A stretch of DNA of 64,000 nucleotides from contig JAGFCB010000030.1 in assembly GCA_022394775.1 (NCBI GenBank), positions 18,852 to 82,851 of the forward strand, written 5' to 3'. Both the position numbers and the translations under genes were made by a program. The DNA comes from Candidatus Poribacteria bacterium (GTDB lineage Bacteria; Poribacteria; WGA-4E; WGA-3G). Of this stretch, positions 54,066-63,767 are shown one piece after another (the stretch's first letter is position 1; every line of letters begins with the position of its first letter). The notes below the pieces were generated by a model, which saw only the letters and a list, made by a program, of their open reading frames with translations, did not search any database and had not been told where the DNA came from.

Positions 54066-56207
54066 ATGCGCCGTGTCATCTCCTTTTGGAGTTTAATTTT
54101 AACCATCCTTATTTTCGCGGGTGTCGCATCTGCAGTAAAAACTTCATTGTGGGAGCAGCAGCATCATGCGGATTTCGAGTCTGGTAAGCCTAAAAACCTT
54201 TCACTGACAAGCACTGGAGACGTTATGTTGTCTCTAAAAATTGATGACTTCACGAAAATGAAGGAGACGCAAGTCTGGGCGCTTGCTGAGGATTCAGCAG
54301 GCAACCTCTATGCTGGTACCGGCAACGAAGGTAAAATCTACAAAATTAGTGCTGGTGCCGATACTGCTGAGCTTTACTATAATTCACCTGAAGTCACGAT
54401 TTACAGTCTTGCGATCGGCCCCGACGATGCCCTCTACGCAGGTACAGGCCCTGACGGATTGATTTACAAAATCACAGATGCGACGACACCGCCTACGACG
54501 CTTCTCAATGAAGGCGACAAATATGTCTGGGCATTGCAATTCGACGATGCCGGCAATCTGTATGCGGCAACTGGCACTGATGGAAAAATTTACAAGATCA
54601 CACCTGAGGGTGAATCAAGTGTTCTTTTTGATGCCGAAGAAAAAAATATTATGACTCTCCTTCTGCACGAAAATAATTTCTATGCGGGAAGCGGTGACAA
54701 CGGTATTATCTACCATATTATGGACGACGGCACTGCAAAGGTTATTTATCAAGCGAAAGAAAAAGAAATCCGTGCCCTTGAAATGGATAGTGAAGGTAAT
54801 CTGTACACTGCAGCTGTTACATCTCAACCCGCCGAACCTTCAAGAGGTCGGCGCGGTGCGAGCAACGGACCGCCTACACCGAGTGGTCCTCCGCCTCCCG
54901 GTGGTGGCCCGCCTCAAGAAAATAAATCCAATATCTACAAAATTCGACCAGATGGAACGGCTGTGTCAATTTGGAATTCGCCGGAACCTCTTATTTTAGC
55001 AATCGTTCTGGAAAGCGAATCCCAAATTCTTGTGGGTACCGGAAATGAAGGAAAAATCTATCAGGTGAATCCGATGACTGGCGACTCTACTGCCATTGGA
55101 AAATGCTCAGCCGATCAGGTCGTCGCGATACATCAACAAGAGGTAGATGGGAAAACCAAAACCCTCTTGGCAACCGGAAATCCGGGTAAACTCTTTACGC
55201 TTACAACCGACTACGTGGAAGATGGAACGCTTGAATCGAAGGTTCACGATGCAAAAAGTCTGTCCCGCTGGGGCAAACTTTCTTGGGAAGGTGAGATGGA
55301 AGAAGGCACCGCGATCGCTTTCTCAACGCGGACCGGTAATACTAAAAAGCCTGATGACACTTGGAATGACTGGTCGGAAGAACTTACGACCGCAGAAGGT
55401 TCCCAAGTGCCGAATGGAGAGGCACAGTATATCCAGTGGCGTGCTAAGTTCACGACCAGCGATGCAGCAAAAACACCTGTCCTGAAAAAGGTTACGCTCG
55501 CTTCTGTGCAGGCTAATGTTGAGCCTCGTTTTACGAGTATTAATGTAGATGATGGAAGTAGCAGTGGCAATCAAGAAACGCGGCGTCGTTCTGGCGGGAA
55601 TTTACCCCCTCCAGGTGCGCGCGGCGGAAGTGGCGGTGGATCCAGTAGTGGAAACGACGCGCCCTCTAAAACATGGAAGGTTAGTTGGAAGGTTGAGGAC
55701 GCGAATGACGATACACTTCAGTACACACTCTACTATAAAGCGATTTCTGAAGAAAATTGGCGGCTGCTAAAAAAAGAGCTAACCAAAGCCGAATTTGAGT
55801 GGGATATCACTACTGTCGCAGATGGGCGATATCAGGTGAAAGTTGTCGCTACTGACAAACTAAGCAATCCAGTCGGTTGGGCAAAATCTGCGGATAAGAT
55901 GAGTATGCCGTTCGATGTAGATAATACGCAACCTGCTGTCGGCGACATTCAAGTCACACCTAATGGTAATGGCACTTACAAAATCGCTTGTGAAGTTACG
56001 GATATGGCTACGCCTATCCAGAAAGCCGTCTATAAAATTGACAACGATGAGAACTGGAAGGCTATCTTCCCCGATGACGGTATCTTCGATTCCAAAAACG
56101 AGCAACTCTTATTAGAAACCGATGAGTTGCCCGAAGGTGCACACTCTATTACTATTCGAGTAACAGATAGGGCACAGAATACGGCAACCGGTGGCGTAGG
56201 TTTCTAA
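54066..56207 (+). CDS. secreted repeat protein (putative beta-propeller) with Pro/Gly-rich linkers and C-terminal Ig/FN3-like modules
   Basis: Signal peptide and six or more repeats of the form G-N-L-Y-A-G-T-G-x-x-G-K-I-Y-K-I. Low-complexity segments PPTPSGPPPPGGGPP and GGSGGGSSSGN are present. Confidence 0.7.
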   Translation: MRRVISFWSLILTILIFAGVASAVKTSLWEQQHHADFESGKPKNLSLTSTGDVMLSLKIDDFTKMKETQVWALAEDSAGNLYAGTGNEGKIYKISAGADTAELYYNSPEVTIYSLAIGPDDALYAGTGPDGLIYKITDATTPPTTLLNEGDKYVWALQFDDAGNLYAATGTDGKIYKITPEGESSVLFDAEEKNIMTLLLHENNFYAGSGDNGIIYHIMDDGTAKVIYQAKEKEIRALEMDSEGNLYTAAVTSQPAEPSRGRRGASNGPPTPSGPPPPGGGPPQENKSNIYKIRPDGTAVSIWNSPEPLILAIVLESESQILVGTGNEGKIYQVNPMTGDSTAIGKCSADQVVAIHQQEVDGKTKTLLATGNPGKLFTLTTDYVEDGTLESKVHDAKSLSRWGKLSWEGEMEEGTAIAFSTRTGNTKKPDDTWNDWSEELTTAEGSQVPNGEAQYIQWRAKFTTSDAAKTPVLKKVTLASVQANVEPRFTSINVDDGSSSGNQETRRRSGGNLPPPGARGGSGGGSSSGNDAPSKTWKVSWKVEDANDDTLQYTLYYKAISEENWRLLKKELTKAEFEWDITTVADGRYQVKVVATDKLSNPVGWAKSADKMSMPFDVDNTQPAVGDIQVTPNGNGTYKIACEVTDMATPIQKAVYKIDNDENWKAIFPDDGIFDSKNEQLLLETDELPEGAHSITIRVTDRAQNTATGGVGF

Positions 56208-56225
56208 ATCAGTATAGTCAATTAG

Positions 56226-56257
56226 AGGGCGGGTTCAAAAACCCGCCCTATTTTTTT
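56226..56257. terminator. bidirectional rho-independent terminator between convergent genes
   Basis: AGGGCGGGTT-CAAA-AACCCGCCCT followed by an A and then a T7 run. It overlaps the bioA stop codon. Confidence 0.75.
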
Positions 56258-57612
56258 GTGACTGTCTCAATTGATGTATAAACGATGTCTAATAGGGTGT
56301 CTAACTCTGAAATCGTGATTTGCAAGGGTGGCATCAGCACAATAGTATTCACAAGGGGTCGGAGTATTGCTCCATGTGCGAGTGCCTCTTTACAGACCCG
56401 GATACCCACCTTTTCTTCAAACGGATAGGGTGTGTTTGTGTCTGGGTTTTTCATGAGTTCCACGCCAGCGGCGAAACCACACACCCGCACATCGCCAACG
56501 TGCGGCAGGGCATAAAAATCCTGAAGCCGATTCCTGAAATGATCAATAGTAGGTTGAAGTCGAGATAGGAGGTTCTCACGCTCGAAGATAGCGATATTTT
56601 CTAATGCGACAGCGCATGCTAACGGATTTCCTGTAAATGTATGACCGTGGAAGAAAGTTTTGAGGTCTCTGTATTCACCGAGGAAGGCGTTGTAAATGTC
56701 GTCAGTCGTTAACGTTGCTGCAAGTGGGAGATAGCCGGCTGCGAGTCCCTTTGCCGTGCATAAAATATCGGGTGTAACGTCCTCGTGCTCACATGCCCAC
56801 ATTTTGCCGGTGCGTCCAAATCCAGTCATAACTTCATCGGCGATGAGAAGCGTATCCCACTGTTTTGCGAGCGTGCTAAGCTCCTTGAGAAACCCCTTTG
56901 GTGCAACAAGCATCCCGCCTGCGCCTTGGATTAAGGGTTCTAAAATAATACCAGCAATCTGTCCAGCATTTTCGGAGAGTGCGGCTTCTACGGCGTTAAG
57001 CCAATGGATTATCGTTGAAGCGTTGTTTCCAGATGTGTCAGTATGATGCGAGGAATGATAAGTTTCAGTTGTAGATACACGCACGCCCTTGAAAAGGAGG
57101 GAGCCGAAGGTGGTGTGAAAACTATCGATACCGCCGACACTCATAGCCCCTATCGTGTCTCCGTGGTATGCCTTATCGAAATGAACAAATAGTTTTCGTT
57201 GCGATTCGTCTTTGTGTTGCCAGTACTGATACGCCATCTTCAAGGCGATTTCGACAGCGGTTGAACCGTTATCGGAGTAAAACACCTTGTTAAGTCCGGC
57301 TGGCGTAATTTCTACCAATTTTTGTGCAAGTTGAATCGCAGGAATGTTGCTGTAGCCAAGGAGCGTAGTGTGTGCGATTTTATCCAGCTGCGTCTTAAGC
57401 GCTGTGTTCAGTTGCGGGTGATTGTGTCCGTGGACATTCGTCCACATAGAGGCGGTTCCGTCAAGGTACCGATTTCCGTCGGTAGCAATGAGGTAGCATC
57501 CCTCCCCGCGTTCAATAATGACAGGATCTTCCGCCAACCAATCCTGCATTTGCGTGAATGGATGCCAGAGGTAGCGCTTATCCCAAGCGACAAGCGTCTC
57601 TTTATCCAACAT
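56248..57612 (-). CDS. bioA: adenosylmethionine-8-amino-7-oxononanoate aminotransferase
   Basis: WHPFTQMQDW, DGTASMWTNVHGHNHP, ADEVMTGFGRTG, and the PLP lysine in CTAKGLAAGYLPL. Confidence 0.85.
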   Translation of the reverse strand: MLDKETLVAWDKRYLWHPFTQMQDWLAEDPVIIERGEGCYLIATDGNRYLDGTASMWTNVHGHNHPQLNTALKTQLDKIAHTTLLGYSNIPAIQLAQKLVEITPAGLNKVFYSDNGSTAVEIALKMAYQYWQHKDESQRKLFVHFDKAYHGDTIGAMSVGGIDSFHTTFGSLLFKGVRVSTTETYHSSHHTDTSGNNASTIIHWLNAVEAALSENAGQIAGIILEPLIQGAGGMLVAPKGFLKELSTLAKQWDTLLIADEVMTGFGRTGKMWACEHEDVTPDILCTAKGLAAGYLPLAATLTTDDIYNAFLGEYRDLKTFFHGHTFTGNPLACAVALENIAIFERENLLSRLQPTIDHFRNRLQDFYALPHVGDVRVCGFAAGVELMKNPDTNTPYPFEEKVGIRVCKEALAHGAILRPLVNTIVLMPPLQITISELDTLLDIVYTSIETVTKK

Positions 57613-57632
57613 GAGACTTACCCGCTATTATT

Positions 57633-57690
57633 CAGGACCTACGCACGCACCGCAGGCGGGGTTTCAAACCCCGCCTGTAGTATAAGTCCT
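57633..57690. mobile_element. MITE/REP-like element, AGGACTTACGCA family (copy 4, slightly degenerate)
   Basis: CAGGACCTACGCA ... GTATAAGTCCT ends and the same internal hairpin GCAGGCGGGGTTTCAAACCCCGCCTG as copy 2. Confidence 0.7.
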
Positions 57691-57753
57691 ATTATTGTAA
57701 AGACGATATTTTTGAGTATCCACTGGACTTTGGGCATAGCGAACTGTTGAAAC

Positions 57754-59040
57754 CTATCCCTTGAGTTTCGCGTAGTGAACTGTCGGTTCCAAGATAAGTT
57801 TTTCGTATGTCCCTGTCTTCGGTACGATAATTTCAAGGACCCTGTTCCGATAAGTTGTATGGAAATCCTCAGGCTGTGCTTGAATAGGAAAGATACTTGT
57901 AAAACCGTTAGGGAAGGAACTCGTCCGTCCGACGACCTGTTCAAACCGTGGGTCTTCCATTTGTCCAGTTTTAGGGTTCACAGGCAGCTGCGTCTGAACC
58001 GTCACGGTAGTTTCAGGTGCTGATGTAGCGTCTATAGAATATGGGGAACTTAAACAGACCTCATAGTCATAGTGCGGCATTCTATCGGGAAGATCATAGG
58101 TTTCTTTGGCAGCAGAATTCGGCACCCATCGTGGGAATTCAATCTCGATGCGGTAGTGGTCCGCCATTTCTGAGACCTGATTGATCATTCCGTAGCGCCG
58201 GTACCGCTCCTTTATATCATCGGAATAAATCGCGCCATCCGTTTCTACGGAGCCGGGCATTGTTGTCCGATGTGCTGCAGGCGTAACAACAAGGGCAGAA
58301 CGTAAGCCGATTAGCAGCGGCGTTGCTACAAGTGATGCAAACCAACCGTAGAACGCTGCTCCGTAGCGCGGTTGTTCTGTTGTTGCGCTAAATTCACCTT
58401 TAAATCGGTAGATACCTTCGGTTATAGCGATGACGACTCCGAGAAAGATCATCAAGTTGCCTCTACTTGAAAAGAGGTCAGGAGCTTGTCCTTGGAATCC
58501 GAGAAAGAAAAGGATGAGCGGATAGAGGGTTAGGTTGATTAGGCTGTTGATCCCCGTAGATACGGCGGCACTAAAGATGCGCGGGTTCCCCGCCATCTCT
58601 TCAAGCCGTGTTTTAAAACTCGCTGAGAACGCGCCAAGGATAGGTTGCCCAAGCATCACTAATAAATTGTATGGTGTCCGTAGTCTTGAGTCTGGTGCCT
58701 CTGGTATTTGTACAAATTCTTCGGGAATACCTTGTTGTTTTCCTTGCTTGGTTTTCCCTGCTGCGTCTGTGCCATCGTCCGCAGCCTCAGGTTTAACAAA
58801 AGTCTCAAAAAACTTGCTGTTTATTTCAATATACGATTCCCATTCACTTGGAACGTCACTTTGCATAAAGATCGCTTCAACCGGACACGCGGGTACGCAC
58901 GCTGCGCAGTCAATACACACATCTGGGTCAATGTAAAGCTGCTTTTCGCCTTCGGTGGTATGTATGCAGTCCACCGGACAGACTTCAACGCATGCGGTGT
59001 CCATTACATCAACACACGGTTCACAAATTATATAAGCCAT
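57754..59040 (-). CDS. ferredoxin domain fused to a membrane region and an Hsp20/alpha-crystallin-like C-terminal domain
   Basis: N-terminus MAYIICEPCVDVMDTACVEVCPVDCIH...DPDVCIDCAACVPACPVEAIF, followed by about 4 hydrophobic segments. The C-terminus has YRIEIEFPRWVP ... YRNRVLEIIVPK. Confidence 0.7.
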   Translation of the reverse strand: MAYIICEPCVDVMDTACVEVCPVDCIHTTEGEKQLYIDPDVCIDCAACVPACPVEAIFMQSDVPSEWESYIEINSKFFETFVKPEAADDGTDAAGKTKQGKQQGIPEEFVQIPEAPDSRLRTPYNLLVMLGQPILGAFSASFKTRLEEMAGNPRIFSAAVSTGINSLINLTLYPLILFFLGFQGQAPDLFSSRGNLMIFLGVVIAITEGIYRFKGEFSATTEQPRYGAAFYGWFASLVATPLLIGLRSALVVTPAAHRTTMPGSVETDGAIYSDDIKERYRRYGMINQVSEMADHYRIEIEFPRWVPNSAAKETYDLPDRMPHYDYEVCLSSPYSIDATSAPETTVTVQTQLPVNPKTGQMEDPRFEQVVGRTSSFPNGFTSIFPIQAQPEDFHTTYRNRVLEIIVPKTGTYEKLILEPTVHYAKLKG

Positions 59041-59125
59041 TTTGCCCTCCTTTTTGTAAATGCTTCACTGTTAAGTATACCACAATTTTGTGTTGATGGC
59101 AAGCAAATATTCCTGTTTTCTCAGT

Positions 59126-59154
59126 TTGACAAGTAGGCAAATCGTGCCTATAAT
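59126..59154 (+). promoter_or_regulatory. consensus sigma70 promoter (TTGACA-17-TATAAT)
   Basis: TTGACA at 59126-59131 and TATAAT at 59149-59154, upstream of truD. Confidence 0.65.
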
Positions 59155-59186
59155 AGTATGGCACCCCAGATGCATAGGGAGATCAA

Positions 59187-60284
59187 ATGTTTAAAGAACC
59201 TGAAGATTTTATCGTTGAAGAACTACCGCTTTATGAACCCTCTGGAACAGGAACGCATACCTATTTTGCTATTCGGAAACGAAATTTTGGCACCTTGGAG
59301 GCTATTAACCGAATTGCCCGGGAACTACAAGTGTCAACACGCAATTTCGGTTATGCGGGATTAAAGGATAAGTATGCGGTTACAATACAAGTATTGTCTG
59401 TTGACGGTGTAGCACCGGAACAGGTTTTGGAAATTGAACAGCGGGATATTGAAGTTTTGTGGGCAGAAAGGCATGCACATAAATTGCGAGTAGGACACCT
59501 TCGCGGCAACCGTTTTGCGCTAATGCTGCGCGATATTCCTCATGACAGGTTGTCTTTGGTTAAAACGGTGATGGCGGGGTTGGTAACTGAAGGTGTACCG
59601 AATCGGTTTGGTGCGCAACGGTTTGGGAGGAAAAATGATTCACATCTGATCGGAAAGGCGTTGCTGAAAGCAGAATGGGAAACGGTCCTGAATTATATGC
59701 TCACAGCGGACCCACTGCAAGTAGACGATGTCGCGCGGCGTATGCGACGAGAATTAGCGCGGAAGCCTGTCGACAGGGTGATAACCACTATCCCACATCG
59801 GTTACGTAAGTTATATCTGTCAGCGTATCAAGCGCATCTCTTCAACAGCATCTTGGAGAAACGGATGCCGCATTTAGGTAAACTTATTGAGGGCGACATT
59901 GCCGTGAAACATAGCAACGGTGCGCCCTTTCTTGTTCCGAACCCAACGATTGAACAACCGCGTGCCGATACGTTCGAGATTAGTCCTTCGGGACCAATCT
60001 TCGGTTACAAGATGCGAATGCCGACTGGCGATGCACTGACTTTGGAGACGTCGCTTCTGACAGATGAAGGGGTACGTTTTGAACAGTTTCGTAAAGTCGT
60101 GGGAATTCGGTTACCCGGAACGCGTCGCCCTTTGCGGATGCCGATACAATTGCATGAAGTATCTGCTACTGACAGTGATTTGGGGGTGCGTTTGCGTTTT
60201 ACGCTTCCTGCCGGTGGATATGCGACAGTGGTAGTGGAGGAACTCTTGGCAGGAATACAGTCTTCGGGGAGGGTTAGGTTTTAA
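59187..60284 (+). CDS. truD: tRNA pseudouridine(13) synthase
   Basis: PEDFIVEE...GTGTHTYF...FGYAGLKDKYAVTIQ (catalytic Asp in the KDK context) and NRFGAQRFG; 365 aa. Confidence 0.85.
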   Translation: MFKEPEDFIVEELPLYEPSGTGTHTYFAIRKRNFGTLEAINRIARELQVSTRNFGYAGLKDKYAVTIQVLSVDGVAPEQVLEIEQRDIEVLWAERHAHKLRVGHLRGNRFALMLRDIPHDRLSLVKTVMAGLVTEGVPNRFGAQRFGRKNDSHLIGKALLKAEWETVLNYMLTADPLQVDDVARRMRRELARKPVDRVITTIPHRLRKLYLSAYQAHLFNSILEKRMPHLGKLIEGDIAVKHSNGAPFLVPNPTIEQPRADTFEISPSGPIFGYKMRMPTGDALTLETSLLTDEGVRFEQFRKVVGIRLPGTRRPLRMPIQLHEVSATDSDLGVRLRFTLPAGGYATVVVEELLAGIQSSGRVRF

Positions 60285-60332
60285 GTTTTATTTTCGATGC
60301 TATTCCGGCGCGAGAAATTAATTTTAATGGTT

Positions 60333-61976
60333 TTAGTCTTCTTGAGTTGCTTGTCTGGATTTTCGGAATCTGTAAAACGTCCAAGCCCCCGATGCGAGTA
60401 ACACAACTAATAGCACAACAAGACCGATATTGAAGAGATAGCGATTCCGATTGAGGTGTAACAACCGTTGGTTTGCCAATTGGGCGGCAGGTGTCCCCTT
60501 TTGTGCCTTTGTTTTTACCTCTTCCCAATACTTTTTTGCGAGAGCAACCTGACCGAGCTGTTCCGCCAGTTTCGCTGTAACTACCAGATAAGTAACATCC
60601 TGAACATTTTGTCGCTCTAAAGCATCGGCAAACGAACTGAGGAGTAAAACTGTTAGATCTTGCGACATTTTCGGGAAATCGGTTGTGTTCTCAATCCCGT
60701 TCTGGAAAGCGGTGACAGCCCCTTGGTGATTATTTCGGTCAAACTCAATTTGCGACACCTCAAACCATGTTCGTTTAATGAGTTGAATCGGTTGTGCAAT
60801 ATCACTATAACCGTCAAAGGTGAAGGTTTCCGAACCGTAATTTAGGTTTCCCTGTTTCGCGTAGAGTGTATAGGTTTCACCGAGTGTCAATGTATTTGGA
60901 TCTTTCCACTCATCAAAACGAAAAATTCCATTTGCCCCCACAGTCTGTTGGTGCGCTGTTCCATCAATCCAAACGATAGTGCCGGCAGCCGATTCACTGG
61001 GAACCGCTGTAATCATGCCATGAACAGCAATAGGATCAAGTACCCAACTCAAGTAAACAGACTCGCCGAGTGTTAATTGCAGATCAACAGTCTTAGATGC
61101 GGGGATGATGTACCCGGTTTTCTTCACAGATATTATGGAGGTGCCTTGTTGGAGGTTCTCGGTGACCAGTTTCGGCGTGTTTCCGACTTCTGAATCGTTA
61201 ATAGAAATTTGTGCGCCTTCGGGAAGTGTTGTGATCTTAAGTGCTGAACTTAGTTTCAGCAGAGCGGCTTCGACATCGCCAGTTGGGGCAAGAATCCCGT
61301 CCACAAAATTGGGATTTGTTCGTAACAATTCATAGGTTTCGAGAATACTTAGCTGCCGATTATCGTCTGAATCGGTTGTATCTGCAGTGAGAGCAGCGTG
61401 GATTTCCTTGAGGAGTGCTGTGGTATCTGCTTTTTCTGCTGATTGAATTACATTCAGTGCAGCAGTGCCGAGCGTCTCTCGGTTGGCATAGTAAGCACTT
61501 AAGTTTGTATCCTCTGTATAACCATCGACAATAACAAGGGTGCGTTGTCTTTCAGTGTTCCTAAACCATTCATTGAGGGTGGCATCTCGAATACCATCTT
61601 CATCTCCTTGCGTCAACAGGTGCATCGTGGGTGCACCTCTCGGTTTGGTGACCATCCCATGATATAAAAAGATTAAAGTGTCTTGTGCCTGCGTCTGCCC
61701 ACCAATTTCTTGGAGTACCGCTTGGATTTCTTCGGTTGTTGCCTGCTCGCCTTGAAGGTGATAGATTTGCGCACTGGGTACTTTTCCACGCGATGTTAGG
61801 AGTTCGGTGAGCGAAGTCAGTAGTTCATGTGCCCGATCATCCGGCGTTGCGTCTACAAGCAACCAATAGGTCCCAGAATCCTCTGAGGATGCTGGTGACG
61901 AGGCGGTAATAATAGACACCATACAGATAAAAATGAATGTGAAAATGGAATTTCGTTGTGACATGTTGCTATCCAC
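60333..61976 (-). CDS. membrane-anchored protein with degenerate caspase-like, PEGA and carboxypeptidase-regulatory-like domains
   Basis: Signal peptide. LIFLYHGM / LVIVDGY resembles the caspase His/Cys segments but lacks the Cys. PEGA motif ITTLPEGAQISINDSEVGNTP, and a C-terminal TM helix. Confidence 0.6.
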   Translation of the reverse strand: MDSNMSQRNSIFTFIFICMVSIITASSPASSEDSGTYWLLVDATPDDRAHELLTSLTELLTSRGKVPSAQIYHLQGEQATTEEIQAVLQEIGGQTQAQDTLIFLYHGMVTKPRGAPTMHLLTQGDEDGIRDATLNEWFRNTERQRTLVIVDGYTEDTNLSAYYANRETLGTAALNVIQSAEKADTTALLKEIHAALTADTTDSDDNRQLSILETYELLRTNPNFVDGILAPTGDVEAALLKLSSALKITTLPEGAQISINDSEVGNTPKLVTENLQQGTSIISVKKTGYIIPASKTVDLQLTLGESVYLSWVLDPIAVHGMITAVPSESAAGTIVWIDGTAHQQTVGANGIFRFDEWKDPNTLTLGETYTLYAKQGNLNYGSETFTFDGYSDIAQPIQLIKRTWFEVSQIEFDRNNHQGAVTAFQNGIENTTDFPKMSQDLTVLLLSSFADALERQNVQDVTYLVVTAKLAEQLGQVALAKKYWEEVKTKAQKGTPAAQLANQRLLHLNRNRYLFNIGLVVLLVVLLASGAWTFYRFRKSRQATQED

Positions 61977-62347
61977 GACCTATTTTTCAAAACATTTTAA
62001 CAGAGCAGTTTAGCATAAAACCCAAATATTTGCAAGAAAATGAACCAGTTTAGGGGTCAAAATGTCTAAACTTTTAACAAAGAATAGCGTCAAAATACAT
62101 AAGTAAGGTATTTTGGTGTTGCTTACAAATTAAACTTGATCGTAAAAAAATTGGGCGAATGTCTCCGATTTGAAGGGTTCTTAGAAGTCGGATAGCACCA
62201 GACGAAATTAGAGAGAGTCATAGACTTTCATAATAATTTGTATAATAATACGGTTTTGGTGAAGTTTATAATTTCTCAAAACTGACTATCAGAAAGTGTT
62301 GAACCGGCACAAGGTGTATATGCTGGGAAGCATCTGTAAGCGTCGGA

Positions 62348-63766
62348 ATGGACAAGGAGATCTTAATGATTGATGGGAAAATAAAGTTAACTGTTTTATC
62401 AAGACTCACGGCTTCGTCAAAGGCACGGCATAAAGATTTCCAAAACGTGCTTTTAAAAACCGTTCTTATTCTTCAATTTGCAGTCGTTTTTTGTATCGGA
62501 GCACAAGAACCTGCTGGCGAAGTTGACTTATCACAACCTTTAACCCTTGAAGAGTGTATCCAGATAGGTTTAGAAAAATCAACAAGCATGCGGAATGCGC
62601 GTTTGAATCTCGCGATGCAAGAACTACGGGTAAAAAATGCGCGCGCCCGGTATTTTCCAGAAATTTTTTCAAACGGCAGCTACGATTTTTCTGATCGTGT
62701 TGAATTCGGTTTTGAACCTGAAAACTATAATTTGGGGTTACGCGGACAGTATACAATTTGGGACAACGGGCAGCGCGAAGGAAGTTTCGCGCAAGCGAAA
62801 GAGAGCCTGAGTGCTACTGTCAGCCGAAATCAGCGGACTACACAAGACTTAATCCTTGACATCACAGTAGCTTACTACGATGTGTTGAAAAGGCAGGAAC
62901 TCGTCAAAGTCAGTGAACAGATTCTTTCAAGATCACAGGAAAACACACAGCGGACAAGGGATTACGTAGCGGCAGGCACCCTTATCCCGGCGGATGTAGC
63001 GACAGCCGAGCTCCGCGAGGCAAACGATCAGTTATCACTCCTGAACAATAGTAATTCACTTCAAATAGCACACGCGACGCTGCCGCGGCTCCTCGGCTTG
63101 GATCCTGGCATACTACTTACAGTTTCTATCGATGAGTCCTATCAATTGTATCAGGAACGCGGAACGATTGAACGCATAGAGATGTCGGTTGAAGAAGCTA
63201 TCCAGATAGCCCTTAACAGTCGTCCAGAGTTTCAAGAGCGACAAGCGCAAATAAAATCACAAGAATGGAGTTTAACTTTGGCGCGGTTACAGCGCTGGCC
63301 CCGTCTGAACGCAGATGTTGATTACAGTGTCAACCTTGATGACTACCTCCGTGAGCGTGAGAATTTCTCTGATTTCCGAACCTGGAGTGCAGGCGTATCG
63401 CTGAATTTCACGCTTTTTGATGGCGGTGTCTTAGGAAATCGTGTGAAAGAACTGAAAATGCAGTTAGAACAGACCCGTGAAAATGCGAGTGACTTGGAAC
63501 GAAGTGTCGCCCTCGCTGTTCGGCAAAACTATCTAAATCTTAAACGAAGTGAAGCCGCCGTTGATATTTCTAAAAAACAGGTTATCAATGCCCAGCTGAG
63601 TTTAGATGTCATTCAGGGACGCTTTGATGTGGGTAAAGCGATTTTGCTTGAATTGCTTGATGCCCAAACGAGTTATGCGCAAGCCTTGACGAATGAAGTC
63701 AATGCGTTTTACGACTACAAAATTGCGCAAACCCGTCTACAGGATGCGATGGGAGTTTTACAATAG
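62348..63766 (+). CDS. TolC-family outer-membrane efflux protein
   Basis: Two OEP repeats; LTLEECIQIGLEKSTSMRNARLNL is a typical N-terminus. The start may be an internal Met. Confidence 0.8.
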   Translation: MDKEILMIDGKIKLTVLSRLTASSKARHKDFQNVLLKTVLILQFAVVFCIGAQEPAGEVDLSQPLTLEECIQIGLEKSTSMRNARLNLAMQELRVKNARARYFPEIFSNGSYDFSDRVEFGFEPENYNLGLRGQYTIWDNGQREGSFAQAKESLSATVSRNQRTTQDLILDITVAYYDVLKRQELVKVSEQILSRSQENTQRTRDYVAAGTLIPADVATAELREANDQLSLLNNSNSLQIAHATLPRLLGLDPGILLTVSIDESYQLYQERGTIERIEMSVEEAIQIALNSRPEFQERQAQIKSQEWSLTLARLQRWPRLNADVDYSVNLDDYLRERENFSDFRTWSAGVSLNFTLFDGGVLGNRVKELKMQLEQTRENASDLERSVALAVRQNYLNLKRSEAAVDISKKQVINAQLSLDVIQGRFDVGKAILLELLDAQTSYAQALTNEVNAFYDYKIAQTRLQDAMGVLQ

Positions 63767-63767
63767 T

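Noticed and set aside
57639-57944. 101-aa minus-strand ORF over the repeat element and the 3' end of the ferredoxin-fusion gene
   Set aside because: It starts inside the repeat element and is out of frame with the well-supported 57754..59040 gene.
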